This document shows positions 18,677 to 27,807 of a stretch of DNA of 64,000 nucleotides, piece after piece (the first letter of the stretch is position 1; each line of letters begins with the position of its first letter). The DNA comes from Anaerolineales bacterium (GTDB lineage Bacteria; Chloroflexota; Anaerolineae; Anaerolineales; E44-bin32), in assembly GCA_035693825.1 (NCBI GenBank), contig DASSGB010000232.1, positions 4,199-68,198 on the forward strand, in the 5' to 3' direction. Made by a program: the position numbers and the translations under genes. A model generated the notes under the pieces. The model saw only the letters and a list, made by a program, of their open reading frames with translations. It was not told the origin of the DNA and ran no database searches.

Positions 18677-19498
18677 CTAGCGCAGGCCGACGGGCGAGCG
18701 CCGGTTGTAGCGGACGGCCACGTACCCCAAGGCGCCGGCCGCAAGGAGCAGCAGCGCTCCCACCGTGCCCAGCAGAACCGACCGGCTGCCGGCTCCGCCG
18801 GCCCCGCCGCCCAGGACGGCGCTGGCCTGCGCCCCGAACTCGATGTTCTTGAAGTCCCCCGGTTCAATCCGCACGGGCACGTTCATGGTCGTCGTCGGAT
18901 TGTAGTTCGTTGGGGGAGCGGCGCTCACATTGTAGTCGCCGTTCAGCAGATCGGCAAAACAGTGTGCGCTGTCTTCCGTCGTGTGCTCGCCGGCGAGCGT
19001 GCCCGAAAGCTCCGACACACTGATCTGGCCCCCGGGGAGCGGCGATTCACCTTCGTCCAACACGGCATTGCCGTTGACGTCATCGAACAGAAGGATGCAA
19101 AGCTCCCCCGTACCGAAAACGGGCGTCGGTGTCAGCGGCACCAAAGTCGCCGTCGGCCGGGTGTCGGGGGGTGTCGTCGGCAGAACAGGTCCACCGAGCC
19201 CCAACAGGAGTTGCATGCCTGGGCGAAGGATATCGTTGGGCTGAAGTCCGTTGAGGGCCCTCAACTCTTCAACGGTCTTGCCGCTGAGTGCAGCGATCGT
19301 CCACAGAACGTCGCCTTCCTGGACGATGTAGATGATCTTGCCGTCCGGGCCGGGCGTCGGTGTGACGAACGTCTGGCTCCGCGGATCGGGACGCGTCGTC
19401 GCGGCCGAGGCCGGACGAGCCGCGGCCAGCCCGGCGTACATGCCCAGCGCCACCAGGAAGACAACGCCTCCCCGCACGAGCCACAAATCACGGTTCAC
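18677..19498 (-). CDS. LysM-domain secreted/membrane protein
   Basis: LysM block (YIVQEGDVLWTIAALSGKTVEELRALNGLQPNDILRPGMQLLL), N-terminal hydrophobic segment and C-terminal TM. I chose the GTG at 19498; the longer listed ORF (to 19933) has a non-protein-like Arg/Gly-rich extension. Confidence 0.7.
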   Translation of the reverse strand: MNRDLWLVRGGVVFLVALGMYAGLAAARPASAATTRPDPRSQTFVTPTPGPDGKIIYIVQEGDVLWTIAALSGKTVEELRALNGLQPNDILRPGMQLLLGLGGPVLPTTPPDTRPTATLVPLTPTPVFGTGELCILLFDDVNGNAVLDEGESPLPGGQISVSELSGTLAGEHTTEDSAHCFADLLNGDYNVSAAPPTNYNPTTTMNVPVRIEPGDFKNIEFGAQASAVLGGGAGGAGSRSVLLGTVGALLLLAAGALGYVAVRYNRRSPVGLR

Positions 19499-19514
19499 AT
19501 ACACGATTCTACCC

Positions 19515-19597
19515 CAGTGGTCAGGGTGAGTTGTCGGTGGGCAGAAAGAGCCGGACGGGGCACCGCCCGCTGACCACTCATCACTGGCCACTGACCG
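19515..19597. repeat. Inverted pair of heptamer arrays (CAGTGGT-type and CTGACCA-type)
   Basis: CAGTGGT CAGGGTG AGTTGTC GGTGGGC ... CTGACCA CTCATCA CTGGCCA CTGACCG. The two arms are largely complementary. Confidence 0.85.
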
Positions 19598-19602
19598 CCG
19601 CA

Positions 19603-19611
19603 TGTTATACT
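19603..19611 (+). promoter_or_regulatory. Extended -10 (TGTTATACT)
   Basis: A TGnTAnnnT box lies directly after the heptamer array, about 120 nt upstream of the ATG at 19733. Confidence 0.4.
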
Positions 19612-19732
19612 GCCGCCGGTTTTCCCGCCGCCCACCGGCTCCCCCTCCCCCACGCTCCGATCCAATCGAGACGAGCCGGCTCCTTCCCGATCGCGACGGG
19701 CCGTACGCCAGACCTGAGGTCGGACTTATCCG

Positions 19733-20500
19733 ATGACGCGCCGCTTGACTCCGGCGAACCTCATTTTCGGTCTGCTGTCCCTGGCGGGGCTGGTAGCGTT
19801 CGCCTATCCGTTTTGGGCCCCGGCCGGTCTGGACCCAAGCCAGATGCGTCCCGCGTTGTTTCTCTTCAGCGGATCGCTGGCGATGATCCTGGTCGCGATG
19901 CTGGCCGAGGCACAAGAAGGCTTGACGGCGCACACCATCGCCATGCTGGGTGCGCTGGTGGGCCTCAACACCGCGCTGCGCATGATGGACAACCTCGTGC
20001 CGCTTCCCGGCGGTTTCTCACCGGTCTTCCTTCTGATCGCCTTGGTGGGCTATGTCTTCGGCGCACGTCTGGGCTTCCTGATGGGCGCCCTCACACTCTT
20101 GATCTCTGATCCTCTTAGCCCGGGAGGCCTCGGGCCGTGGACGCCCTACCAGATGCTGGCCGCCGGCTGGGTAGGGATGGGCGCGGCCTTTCTGCCCAAA
20201 CGCGCCGGCGCGCTGGGTCTGGCTGTGTACGCCGGCCTGTGGGGCTGGCTCTTCGGCGTCCTGACCAATCTCTACTACTGGCCCTACGCGCTCGGCGCGC
20301 CGGACATCAGCTGGCAGCCGGGCCTGGGATGGGGAGAGATACTGGCGCGCTACGGCCGCTACTACCTGGTCACGTCGCTGGCCTGGGACACGATGCGAGC
20401 CATCGGGAACGTCGTCCTCCTGGGCGCCCTCGGCCCGTCGCTGATCAAGGTCCTCGAGCGATTCCGACGGCGGGCGTATGTCGCCTGGGAACCTGCGTGA
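19733..20500 (+). CDS. Polytopic membrane protein, tentatively ECF-transporter S-component-like
   Basis: 255 aa with 6-7 TM helices. The Gly/Ala-rich helices resemble annotated ECF S components. This is a weak call based on recognition only. Confidence 0.4.
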   Translation: MTRRLTPANLIFGLLSLAGLVAFAYPFWAPAGLDPSQMRPALFLFSGSLAMILVAMLAEAQEGLTAHTIAMLGALVGLNTALRMMDNLVPLPGGFSPVFLLIALVGYVFGARLGFLMGALTLLISDPLSPGGLGPWTPYQMLAAGWVGMGAAFLPKRAGALGLAVYAGLWGWLFGVLTNLYYWPYALGAPDISWQPGLGWGEILARYGRYYLVTSLAWDTMRAIGNVVLLGALGPSLIKVLERFRRRAYVAWEPA

Positions 20501-21824
20501 ACGCGGCCGGATGCCTGACATGCGAATGAGACGCTCGCCTCGTCGCTGGGTCATCGTGGCCGCGGCCATCGTACTGAGCCTCGTCCTCGGTGCCTGGGTA
20601 TACAACCTGCCGGCCGTCCAGGAGCGAATCGGCTGGCGAGTTTCCGAGGCGCGCGCCGCCCTGTGGTATGCCCTCTTCCCGCCGGAGGAATCGGTGTTCA
20701 CTCCGGATCCAACACTGGCGGCCATGGTCCGGCAGACCCTCGGGGCGTTAACCCCGACCCGCACGATCACGCCCACGCGCGGGCCGACTTCCCTTCCCAC
20801 CACCACGCCCTCACCCACCATCGTGCCGACTCCTCTTCCGGAGCGCGTGGCCCTCAGCGGAACCCGTCACGAGTACCAGCAATACAACAACTGCGGCCCG
20901 GCCACACTGGGCATGGGACTCTCCTTCTGGGGATGGACCGGCGATCAACGCCCGATCGCGGCCTTCACCAAGCCCAACCCGCGCGACAAGAACGTCATGC
21001 CTTATGAGATGGAAGCCTTCGTCGAGAGCGAGACCGAATGGCTGGCGGTCGTGCGCGTGGGCGGAAACCTGGACCGACTGAGGTCCTTCCTGGCGGCCGG
21101 CTTCCCGGTCATCGTCGAAAAAGGATTCGAACTCGAAGGTGCAGCATTCGACGGGTGGATGGGACACTACGAACTGATGACGGGCTACGACGATGCCCGC
21201 GGCCGTGTCACCGCCCAGGACTCCTACATCGGCTCGGATCTGCCGGTGAGCTACGAGGAACTCGAGGCCAATTGGCGGGCCTTCAACTACACCTACATCG
21301 TCATCTATCCCCCAGACCGCGAAGACCAGGTGCTGGCCCTGCTCGGCCCGGATGCCGACGAGAAGGCCAACATCGAGGCCGCCGCCCAAAAGGCCTCGGA
21401 CGAGATCTTCGCCCTGACCGGCCGCGATCAGTTGTTCGCCTGGTTCAATCGCGGCACCAACCTGGTGGACATGCAGGACTACGCCGGGGCGGCGGCGGCC
21501 TACGACGAAGCCTTCCGCATCGACGCCGAGTTGGCCATCCTCGATCCCGAACACCGGCCGTGGCGCATCCTGTGGTATCAGACGGGCCCGTACTGGGCTT
21601 ACTTCTACTCCGGCCGCTACTACGACGTCATCAACCTCGCCACGCAGACTCTGTCCAACATGAGCGAGCCGATCCTGGAGGAGAGCTATTACTGGCGCGG
21701 CCTGGCGCGCGAGGCCATCGGCGACGTCGCCGGGGCCATTGAAGATCTTCGGACCAGCCTGATCTATCACCCCGGTTTCGAGCCGGCTCTGTTCCATCTG
21801 AACCGCCTGGGCGTAGATGCCTGA
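20478..21824 (+). CDS. Membrane-anchored peptidase C39-like domain protein with TPR repeats
   Basis: YQQYNNCGPATLGMGLSFWG matches the C39-like catalytic-Cys region, and the C-terminus is TPR-like. The start may instead be the ATG at 20511, after the previous stop. Confidence 0.7.
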   Translation: MSPGNLRERGRMPDMRMRRSPRRWVIVAAAIVLSLVLGAWVYNLPAVQERIGWRVSEARAALWYALFPPEESVFTPDPTLAAMVRQTLGALTPTRTITPTRGPTSLPTTTPSPTIVPTPLPERVALSGTRHEYQQYNNCGPATLGMGLSFWGWTGDQRPIAAFTKPNPRDKNVMPYEMEAFVESETEWLAVVRVGGNLDRLRSFLAAGFPVIVEKGFELEGAAFDGWMGHYELMTGYDDARGRVTAQDSYIGSDLPVSYEELEANWRAFNYTYIVIYPPDREDQVLALLGPDADEKANIEAAAQKASDEIFALTGRDQLFAWFNRGTNLVDMQDYAGAAAAYDEAFRIDAELAILDPEHRPWRILWYQTGPYWAYFYSGRYYDVINLATQTLSNMSEPILEESYYWRGLAREAIGDVAGAIEDLRTSLIYHPGFEPALFHLNRLGVDA

Positions 21825-23394
21825 GTCCGCGCGCCCGAAGGCCGCGCTCACCGTCCTGCGAGCCTGGTCGCCCGTCGCCCGTGCCTCGCTCCTGATCGCG
21901 GGCCTGTTCGCCATCGACAAGCCGCTCGATCTGCTGCGGCAGATCATCATCGGCCGGCAGTTCGGTGTGGGCCCCGAGCTGGACGCGTTCAACGCCGCCA
22001 ACAATCTCCCCGACCTCCTGCGGGCGCTGATCACCGGCGGCGCGCTGTCGTTGGCTCTGATCCCCGTCCTGTCGGAAGCACTCGAGCGCAGCGGTCGCCC
22101 GGCGTTGTGGTCGTTGTTCAGCCGCATCGCCAATCTGGCCTTCGTCGTCACCGGCGTCCTGGCGGTCGTGGTCGGGTTGCTGGCCGAGCCGATCGTTCGC
22201 TCGCAGTGGGGCATCGCCCCCGGGTTCGCGCCCGAGGTCCAAGACCTGGTGATCGAGTTGATGCGCCTCAACCTCGCCGCGCTGTTGCTGTTCTCGGTCA
22301 GCGGCTTGGTGACCTCCGGCCTGCAGGCCAATCAGCATTTCTTCCTGCCGGCTTTGGCCCCGGTGGTGTACGACCTGGGCCAGATCGGCGGCGCGCTCGT
22401 GCTCGCCCCCGGCCCCGACGATCTCGCCATCGCCGGGCTGCGCTTCCCGGGGTTGGGACTCGGCGTTCACGGCCTGGTTTACGGCGTCATCATCGGCGCC
22501 GCCCTGCACCTGGCCGTGCAGCTGCCGGGCCTGGTGCGGCATCACTTTCGCTGGTCTCCATCCCTCGACCTTCGGCATCCCGGGGTCCGACAGGTGCTGA
22601 GGCTGATGGGACCGCGCCTCGTGACCATCGGCGCGTTTCAGCTCATGTTTGTCATTCAGGACAATCTGGGCTCACGCCTTCCCAGCGGCGCGGTGACGGC
22701 CCTGACGTACGGCTGGCTGATCATGCAGTTTCCGGAGACTCTCATCGGCACCGCTCTGGGGACAGCCCTGCTCCCGACGCTCTCGGAACAATTCGCCCGC
22801 GGCGATTCATCGGCCTTCGGCGCGAGTGTCGAACGCGGCCTGCGTGTCCTGCTCGCGTTGACGCTGCCTTCGGCGGTCCTGCTCGCGCTTGCGGTTCGAC
22901 CTCTGGTCGCGGCCGCGTTCGCCTTCGATGACGCGGGCACGAGCCTGGTGGCGGCCACCACGCAGGGCTTCCTAGTGGGATTGGTGGGCCATGCCTGGCT
23001 GGAAGTGCTGGCGCGCGCCTTCTTCGCGCGCCAGAATGCCCGGCCTCCGCTTGTGGCGCGGCTGGCTAATCTGGCGGTGTTCCTGGCCGCAGGCGCGGCC
23101 CTTTTCCGGCCGCTGGGAGCACTGGGGATCGCCGTCAGCAACAGCCTGGGCTTCACGGTCGAGGCGGCCGTTCTCTACTTGATTCTCCGACGCCCTCGGC
23201 CCGAGATCCGCGGCGCGTGGTCGTGCCTGCCGCGCGCCATCGCCGGATCGCTCCTCAGCGGCGCGGCGGCCTACGCCGCCATGAGCTGGCTCCCCCTTCC
23301 TGCGCTCCTGTCCACCGCCATCGGCCTCGCCATCGGCGGCGCGATCGCAGTCCTATTCATCCTGCCCGAATTGCGCGAATTGAAACGGCTGTAA
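21817..23394 (+). CDS. murJ: Lipid II flippase MurJ
   Basis: 525 aa with 14 TM helices. MurJ/MviN-like N-terminus (FGVGPELDAFNAANNLPDLL). Overlaps the upstream gene by 8 nt. Confidence 0.85.
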   Translation: MPESARPKAALTVLRAWSPVARASLLIAGLFAIDKPLDLLRQIIIGRQFGVGPELDAFNAANNLPDLLRALITGGALSLALIPVLSEALERSGRPALWSLFSRIANLAFVVTGVLAVVVGLLAEPIVRSQWGIAPGFAPEVQDLVIELMRLNLAALLLFSVSGLVTSGLQANQHFFLPALAPVVYDLGQIGGALVLAPGPDDLAIAGLRFPGLGLGVHGLVYGVIIGAALHLAVQLPGLVRHHFRWSPSLDLRHPGVRQVLRLMGPRLVTIGAFQLMFVIQDNLGSRLPSGAVTALTYGWLIMQFPETLIGTALGTALLPTLSEQFARGDSSAFGASVERGLRVLLALTLPSAVLLALAVRPLVAAAFAFDDAGTSLVAATTQGFLVGLVGHAWLEVLARAFFARQNARPPLVARLANLAVFLAAGAALFRPLGALGIAVSNSLGFTVEAAVLYLILRRPRPEIRGAWSCLPRAIAGSLLSGAAAYAAMSWLPLPALLSTAIGLAIGGAIAVLFILPELRELKRL

Positions 23395-23397
23395 GAG

Positions 23398-23538
23398 CAG
23401 TGGTCAGTGGTGACCCCTGCGCTTGCCGTTCTTCCGCCAAATGAGGCGCAGGGGTGAGTGGCCAGTGGTCAGCTCTCGCAGGCGACGCGGCTGCCCACAC
23501 CTGACGGCTGATGGCTGACGGCGGACGGCCGACGGCCG
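23398..23538. repeat. Heptamer arrays (CAGTGGT type, then CTGACGG type) interrupted by a 41-nt palindromic insert
   Basis: CAGTGGT CAGTGGT GA[CCCCTGCGC...GCGCAGGGG]TGAGTGG CCAGTGG TCAGC ... CTGACGG CTGATGG CTGACGG CGGACGG CCGACGG. Located between convergent stops. Confidence 0.9.
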
Positions 23539-23539
23539 T

Positions 23540-24805
23540 TTACTCCTTTTCGTATGGAACACCATCAGCCGCGGGCATCTGGCCTCGCCCAACCACCCCG
23601 GCCAGCACGATCATCGTCGCCACGTAGGGGGCCATCAGCAGGAATTCGGATGGGATCTGGATTCCCAGGATGGCCAGTTTCGAGGCCAGCGAGTCGGCGA
23701 AGCCGAACAGCAGGCCCGCGCCGAACGACCCGAACGGCGTCCAGTTGCCGAAGATCATCGCTGCCAGGCTGATGAAGCCGCGACCGGCGGTCATCACCTC
23801 GTCGAAACGGCCGACCGAGCCCAGGGTGAAATAGCCGCCGGCGAATCCGGCCATCATCCCGCCGAGCATCACGGCCATGTAACGGGTCCGGAAGACGTTG
23901 ATCCCGAGCGTGTCGGCCGCCTTGGGATGCTCGCCGACGGAGCGCAGGCGAAGCCCCCACCGGGTGTAGAACAGCGCCACGTGAATCACCGCCAGCAGCA
24001 CGAACATCGCATACACGAACATGTTGCTGTCGAACAAGATCGGGCCCAGGAAGGGGATGCGCGACAGCACCGGAATCCTCCAGGGCTGGAAGATGCCCGG
24101 GTTGTTGAGGTGCTGGTAGGTCTGCAGGAATTTCGCCGATATGTAGGAGGTCAGGCCGGTGGCCAGGATGTTGATGACCGTGCCCGATATGATCTGATTG
24201 GTCTTGTACTTGATGGAGAGCACGCCGTGAATCAAAGCCAGCAGCAATCCGCTGAGCACGGCGGCCAGCAGCCCGATCCACAGGCTGTCCGTCAGGCTGC
24301 CCACCAGCGATCCGACCATCGCCCCGGTGAGCATCATGCCCTCAATGGCGATGTTCACCACTCCCGCGCGTTCGCAAAGCACCCCGGAGAGCGCTCCGAG
24401 CGTAAGGGGCACGGCGCGCGACAGGCTCGTATTCAGCAATCCGCCGAGGTTGAGCGATTTGTCCGCCGCGGCCCACACCAGAAAGCCGAAGATCGAAAGT
24501 CCTGCCACCACGCCCAGGACGGCGTTCGTCCATCGCCCGAAGCCGCGCGCCAGCTGAACTCCTCCCAGCACGGCCGCGACCAGCGCCAGCGCGTTGAGGG
24601 TGGCCATCGTCGGCAGGTGCCAGTCGGGCAATGTGACCTCGGCCGCGCCGGGCGCGAGGTTGAAAACCGTGACCTGTTCGCCGCTCGAGGTACGGCTGAA
24701 GAGAAACCACACGGCGAAAGCCAGGCCCAGAAACACCAGCCCCATGACGCGCTGGCGTGTCGTCGAAACTCCAACCCACGGTCGAGAGACGGCGGTGGCG
24801 GCCAT
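23540..24805 (-). CDS. ABC transporter permease (BMP/nucleoside-type system)
   Basis: Polytopic permease in an operon with a second permease, a double ATPase and a BMP lipoprotein. Confidence 0.9.
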   Translation of the reverse strand: MAATAVSRPWVGVSTTRQRVMGLVFLGLAFAVWFLFSRTSSGEQVTVFNLAPGAAEVTLPDWHLPTMATLNALALVAAVLGGVQLARGFGRWTNAVLGVVAGLSIFGFLVWAAADKSLNLGGLLNTSLSRAVPLTLGALSGVLCERAGVVNIAIEGMMLTGAMVGSLVGSLTDSLWIGLLAAVLSGLLLALIHGVLSIKYKTNQIISGTVINILATGLTSYISAKFLQTYQHLNNPGIFQPWRIPVLSRIPFLGPILFDSNMFVYAMFVLLAVIHVALFYTRWGLRLRSVGEHPKAADTLGINVFRTRYMAVMLGGMMAGFAGGYFTLGSVGRFDEVMTAGRGFISLAAMIFGNWTPFGSFGAGLLFGFADSLASKLAILGIQIPSEFLLMAPYVATMIVLAGVVGRGQMPAADGVPYEKE

Positions 24806-24808
24806 GGG

Positions 24809-26080
24809 CTAGCCTCCCCACGTGCCGGCGAAGACCTGCTCGCCCTTTTCCGGCACGCGCAGACGATAGATCGTCCGGATGATCGCCGGCGCGGCAATGA
24901 ACGCCAGGATCATCGCCTGCAAGATGGAAATGATGTCGATCGGGATGCCCGCGGCGATCTGCATGCGCGTGGCCCCCGTACGTAAGATGCCGAAGAGCAA
25001 CGCCGCGAGGACCACGCCCACCGGATGGCTGTTGCCCAGAAGCGCCAGGGCGATGCTGTCGAAGCCGTAGCCGGAGGAAAAGGCCATCGCCACATTGTGG
25101 TTGACGCCCAACACCTCGTTCGTCCCGGCCAATCCCGCCAGCGCGCCCGAAAGCGACATGGCCAGGATGGTGCTGCGCACGGTGCTCATTCCGGCGTAGC
25201 GCGAAGCGTGAGGATTCGATCCCACCGAGCGCAGGTCGAAGCCCCAGGTCGTACGATACAGGAACCAGTACACCAGCCAGGCGACTGCCAGCGCCACGAA
25301 AAACCCGAGGTGGAATCGAATCGGCTGCTCGAAGAAGCGCGGCAGCATGGCCGAGTCCTGAATGGTGGGGCTGACCGGATTGAAGGACTCAGGCCGCTTC
25401 ATCGGCCCCGTGAGCAGCCAATCGCTCAGCCGGAAGGCAATGTAGTTCATCATGATGGTGTTGATGACTTCGTGGCCCCCCGTCTTGGCTTTCAGCCACC
25501 CGGGGATGAAGCCCCACAGGGCGCCTCCCAGAGCGCCGGCCAGCAGCGCCAACGGCAGGTGGATGATCGCCGGCAACCCGGTGATCGAGTATCCGGCATA
25601 TGCGGCCACGATCGCCCCGACGAAGATCTGGCCCTCGGCGCCGATGTTGAACAGCCCGCTCTGGAATCCCAGCGCCACGGCCAGCCCGCCGAAGATGTAC
25701 GGCGTGGAGGCCACAAGACTTTCGAGAATCGGGTTGAACGCTCTCCGGATCGCCAGGGCGTCACCGCTCGAAAGCGCGTTCACAATGCGCACCGGATCGC
25801 CGATGGAGCCGGTGAACAGGGCGGCGTAGGAACGCCCGACGACGCTCAAGGACGCGCCCAGGCCGTCAAACACGCCGCGACCGAAGGCGGCGTACACCTC
25901 CTCCGACGTGACGATGATGAACAGACCTCCAAGCACCAGGCCGGTGACGACGGCCAACACCGGCACGAGGAGGATCTGTCCCAACCGGCGGCGGCGTGAG
26001 GCTTCGGGCGGGCCGCCGCTCAACTCCTCCAGCAGGATCTTGCCGACCTTGCGAGCTTGCGCTTTGGGTTTGGGGTCCAC
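24809..26080 (-). CDS. ABC transporter permease (BMP/nucleoside-type system)
   Basis: Polytopic permease. A 3-nt gap separates it from the downstream permease. Confidence 0.9.
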   Translation of the reverse strand: MDPKPKAQARKVGKILLEELSGGPPEASRRRRLGQILLVPVLAVVTGLVLGGLFIIVTSEEVYAAFGRGVFDGLGASLSVVGRSYAALFTGSIGDPVRIVNALSSGDALAIRRAFNPILESLVASTPYIFGGLAVALGFQSGLFNIGAEGQIFVGAIVAAYAGYSITGLPAIIHLPLALLAGALGGALWGFIPGWLKAKTGGHEVINTIMMNYIAFRLSDWLLTGPMKRPESFNPVSPTIQDSAMLPRFFEQPIRFHLGFFVALAVAWLVYWFLYRTTWGFDLRSVGSNPHASRYAGMSTVRSTILAMSLSGALAGLAGTNEVLGVNHNVAMAFSSGYGFDSIALALLGNSHPVGVVLAALLFGILRTGATRMQIAAGIPIDIISILQAMILAFIAAPAIIRTIYRLRVPEKGEQVFAGTWGG

Positions 26081-26089
26081 GGCCTGGTC

Positions 26090-27649
26090 CTAGAGAGTGA
26101 CTTCGACTTTTCGTTTCTTGCGCGGTTTGGCCCCAGGCTCGGGTGTGATCCCGGCCATCAGCAGGCCGATCTCTTCCTTGGTGGCTTCTTCGGCGTCGAC
26201 GAAACCCACCAAATGCCCGCGGTACATCACCGCGATGCGGTCGGAGAGTTCCATGATCTCGTCCAGCTCGGGCGAGACCAGCAGAACGGCGCAGCCTTCC
26301 TCCCGCTTCTGGAGAATGCGGGAATGGATGTACTCGATCGAGCCGACATCCAGGCCGCGCGTGGGTTGCGAGGCCACCAGCAGTCGGATGGGCCTCGAGA
26401 ACTCGCGCGCCACGATCACCTTTTGCTGATTGCCACCCGAGAGCGAACCGACCGTCGTCAGCGGGCTGGGGGTGCGGATGTCGAACTCGCGAATGCGTTC
26501 CTTGGCCGAGGCCAGAATGGCCTCGCGCTGGAGCTGCGGACCACGGGCGAACGGCGGCAGGTAGTAGGTGGATAGGGTCAGATTGTCGGCCACGGTAAAC
26601 GTCAGGACCAATCCGTCGCGCTGCCGGTCTTCCGGAACGTGGGCTGATCCCAGCTCGGTGACCCGCCGCGGCGAGGCACGGGTGATGTCCTGACCCAGCA
26701 GGCTGATGCGGCCGGCTTGAACGGCCCGCAGGCCGGTGACGGCTTCCACCAGCTCGGTCTGGCCGTTGCCCTGCACGCCCGCCACCCCCAGGATCTCTCC
26801 GGCGCGCACCTCGAAGGACACGTCGTCGACGGCCACCTGGCGCCGATCGCTGGCCACCACGAGGTGCTCGACCCGCAGGACCGTCTCGCCGATCTTGGCC
26901 TTCGACTTCTCGACTTCCAGCATCACCTCGCGGCCCACCATCATCTCGGCCAGCTTCCCCCGGTCGGCCAGCTTGGGCGTGGTCGTGCCGACCACATGCC
27001 CCTGGCGGATGACGGTGATGCGATCGGCCACCTCCATCACCTCGCGCAGCTTGTGGGTGATGAAGATGATGGACTTCCCCTGGGAGGCCAGGGAACGCAT
27101 GATCTTGAAGAGTTCGCCGCTCTCCTGGGGCGTGAGGACAGCCGTGGGCTCGTCGAGGATAAGGATGTTGGCCTGACGGTACAGGAGCTTGATGATCTCG
27201 ACCCTCTGCTGGACGCCCACCGGCAGGTCGCGCACGTAGGCCGTCGGATCGACGTCCAGCATGAATTGGCCGGAGATTTCGGCGACGCGCCTTTCCGCCT
27301 GCCGCCGGTCGAGGAAGTCGCCCTGGCGAAGGATTTCCTGCCCCAGCATCACGTTCTCAGCTACGGTGAACACCGGGATCAACATGAAATGCTGGTGGAC
27401 CATACCGATGCCGGCCGAGATGGCGTCGCTCGGGGAGCGTATCTCCACGCGCTCGCCGCGGACGAAGACCTCGCCTTCGTCGGGCTGATACAGTCCGTAA
27501 AGGATGTTCATGAGTGTCGTCTTGCCGGCGCCGTTCTCGCCCAGCAAGGCGTGGATCTCGCCTTCTTCCAGACTCAAGTCGATATGGTCGTTGGCGAGGA
27601 CACCGGGGAAGCGCTTGGTGATGCCCCGGAGCTGGAGGATAGGGGCCAT
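26090..27649 (-). CDS. ABC transporter ATP-binding protein with two ATPase domains
   Basis: Walker A (GENGAGKTT) plus the LSGGNQQK signature in the second half. 519 aa. Confidence 0.95.
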   Translation of the reverse strand: MAPILQLRGITKRFPGVLANDHIDLSLEEGEIHALLGENGAGKTTLMNILYGLYQPDEGEVFVRGERVEIRSPSDAISAGIGMVHQHFMLIPVFTVAENVMLGQEILRQGDFLDRRQAERRVAEISGQFMLDVDPTAYVRDLPVGVQQRVEIIKLLYRQANILILDEPTAVLTPQESGELFKIMRSLASQGKSIIFITHKLREVMEVADRITVIRQGHVVGTTTPKLADRGKLAEMMVGREVMLEVEKSKAKIGETVLRVEHLVVASDRRQVAVDDVSFEVRAGEILGVAGVQGNGQTELVEAVTGLRAVQAGRISLLGQDITRASPRRVTELGSAHVPEDRQRDGLVLTFTVADNLTLSTYYLPPFARGPQLQREAILASAKERIREFDIRTPSPLTTVGSLSGGNQQKVIVAREFSRPIRLLVASQPTRGLDVGSIEYIHSRILQKREEGCAVLLVSPELDEIMELSDRIAVMYRGHLVGFVDAEEATKEEIGLLMAGITPEPGAKPRKKRKVEVTL

Positions 27650-27740
27650 AACCTCTCCTGGGTGCCTGGGGGGACGCTCATTCTATCACGCACGCTCGCC
27701 GATCAGGCTCGCCGCGTGCGCAATGATGGCCGAAGCAACC

Positions 27741-27770
27741 GCGGGGGCTGGCTTGTGGCCAGCCCCCGCG
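27741..27770 (-). terminator. Intra-operon hairpin downstream of the binding-protein gene
   Basis: GCGGGGGCTGGC-TTGT-GGCCAGCCCCCGC lies between the SBP stop (27808) and the ATPase start (27649). It could be a partial terminator or mRNA stabiliser that sets SBP excess. Confidence 0.45.
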
Positions 27771-27807
27771 TGTCGATCGGTCTTCCTCCGAAGCAACCCT
27801 CGGTCGC

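Noticed and set aside
19612-19732. A guanidine-III-like riboswitch in the leader of the 7-TM gene.
   Set aside because: Only two short segments (GCCGUAC, GGUCGGAC) resemble the 41-nt motif, the 5' half does not match, and the downstream gene is not a Gdx/SugE-type transporter.
19499-19933. N-terminal extension of the LysM ORF. Similar extensions occur at 30074-30361, 50512-51780, 6301-6894 and 33169-33336.
   Set aside because: The extensions are Arg/Gly-rich and overlap neighbouring genes or repeats. Internal starts give proper signal peptides or family-typical N-termini.
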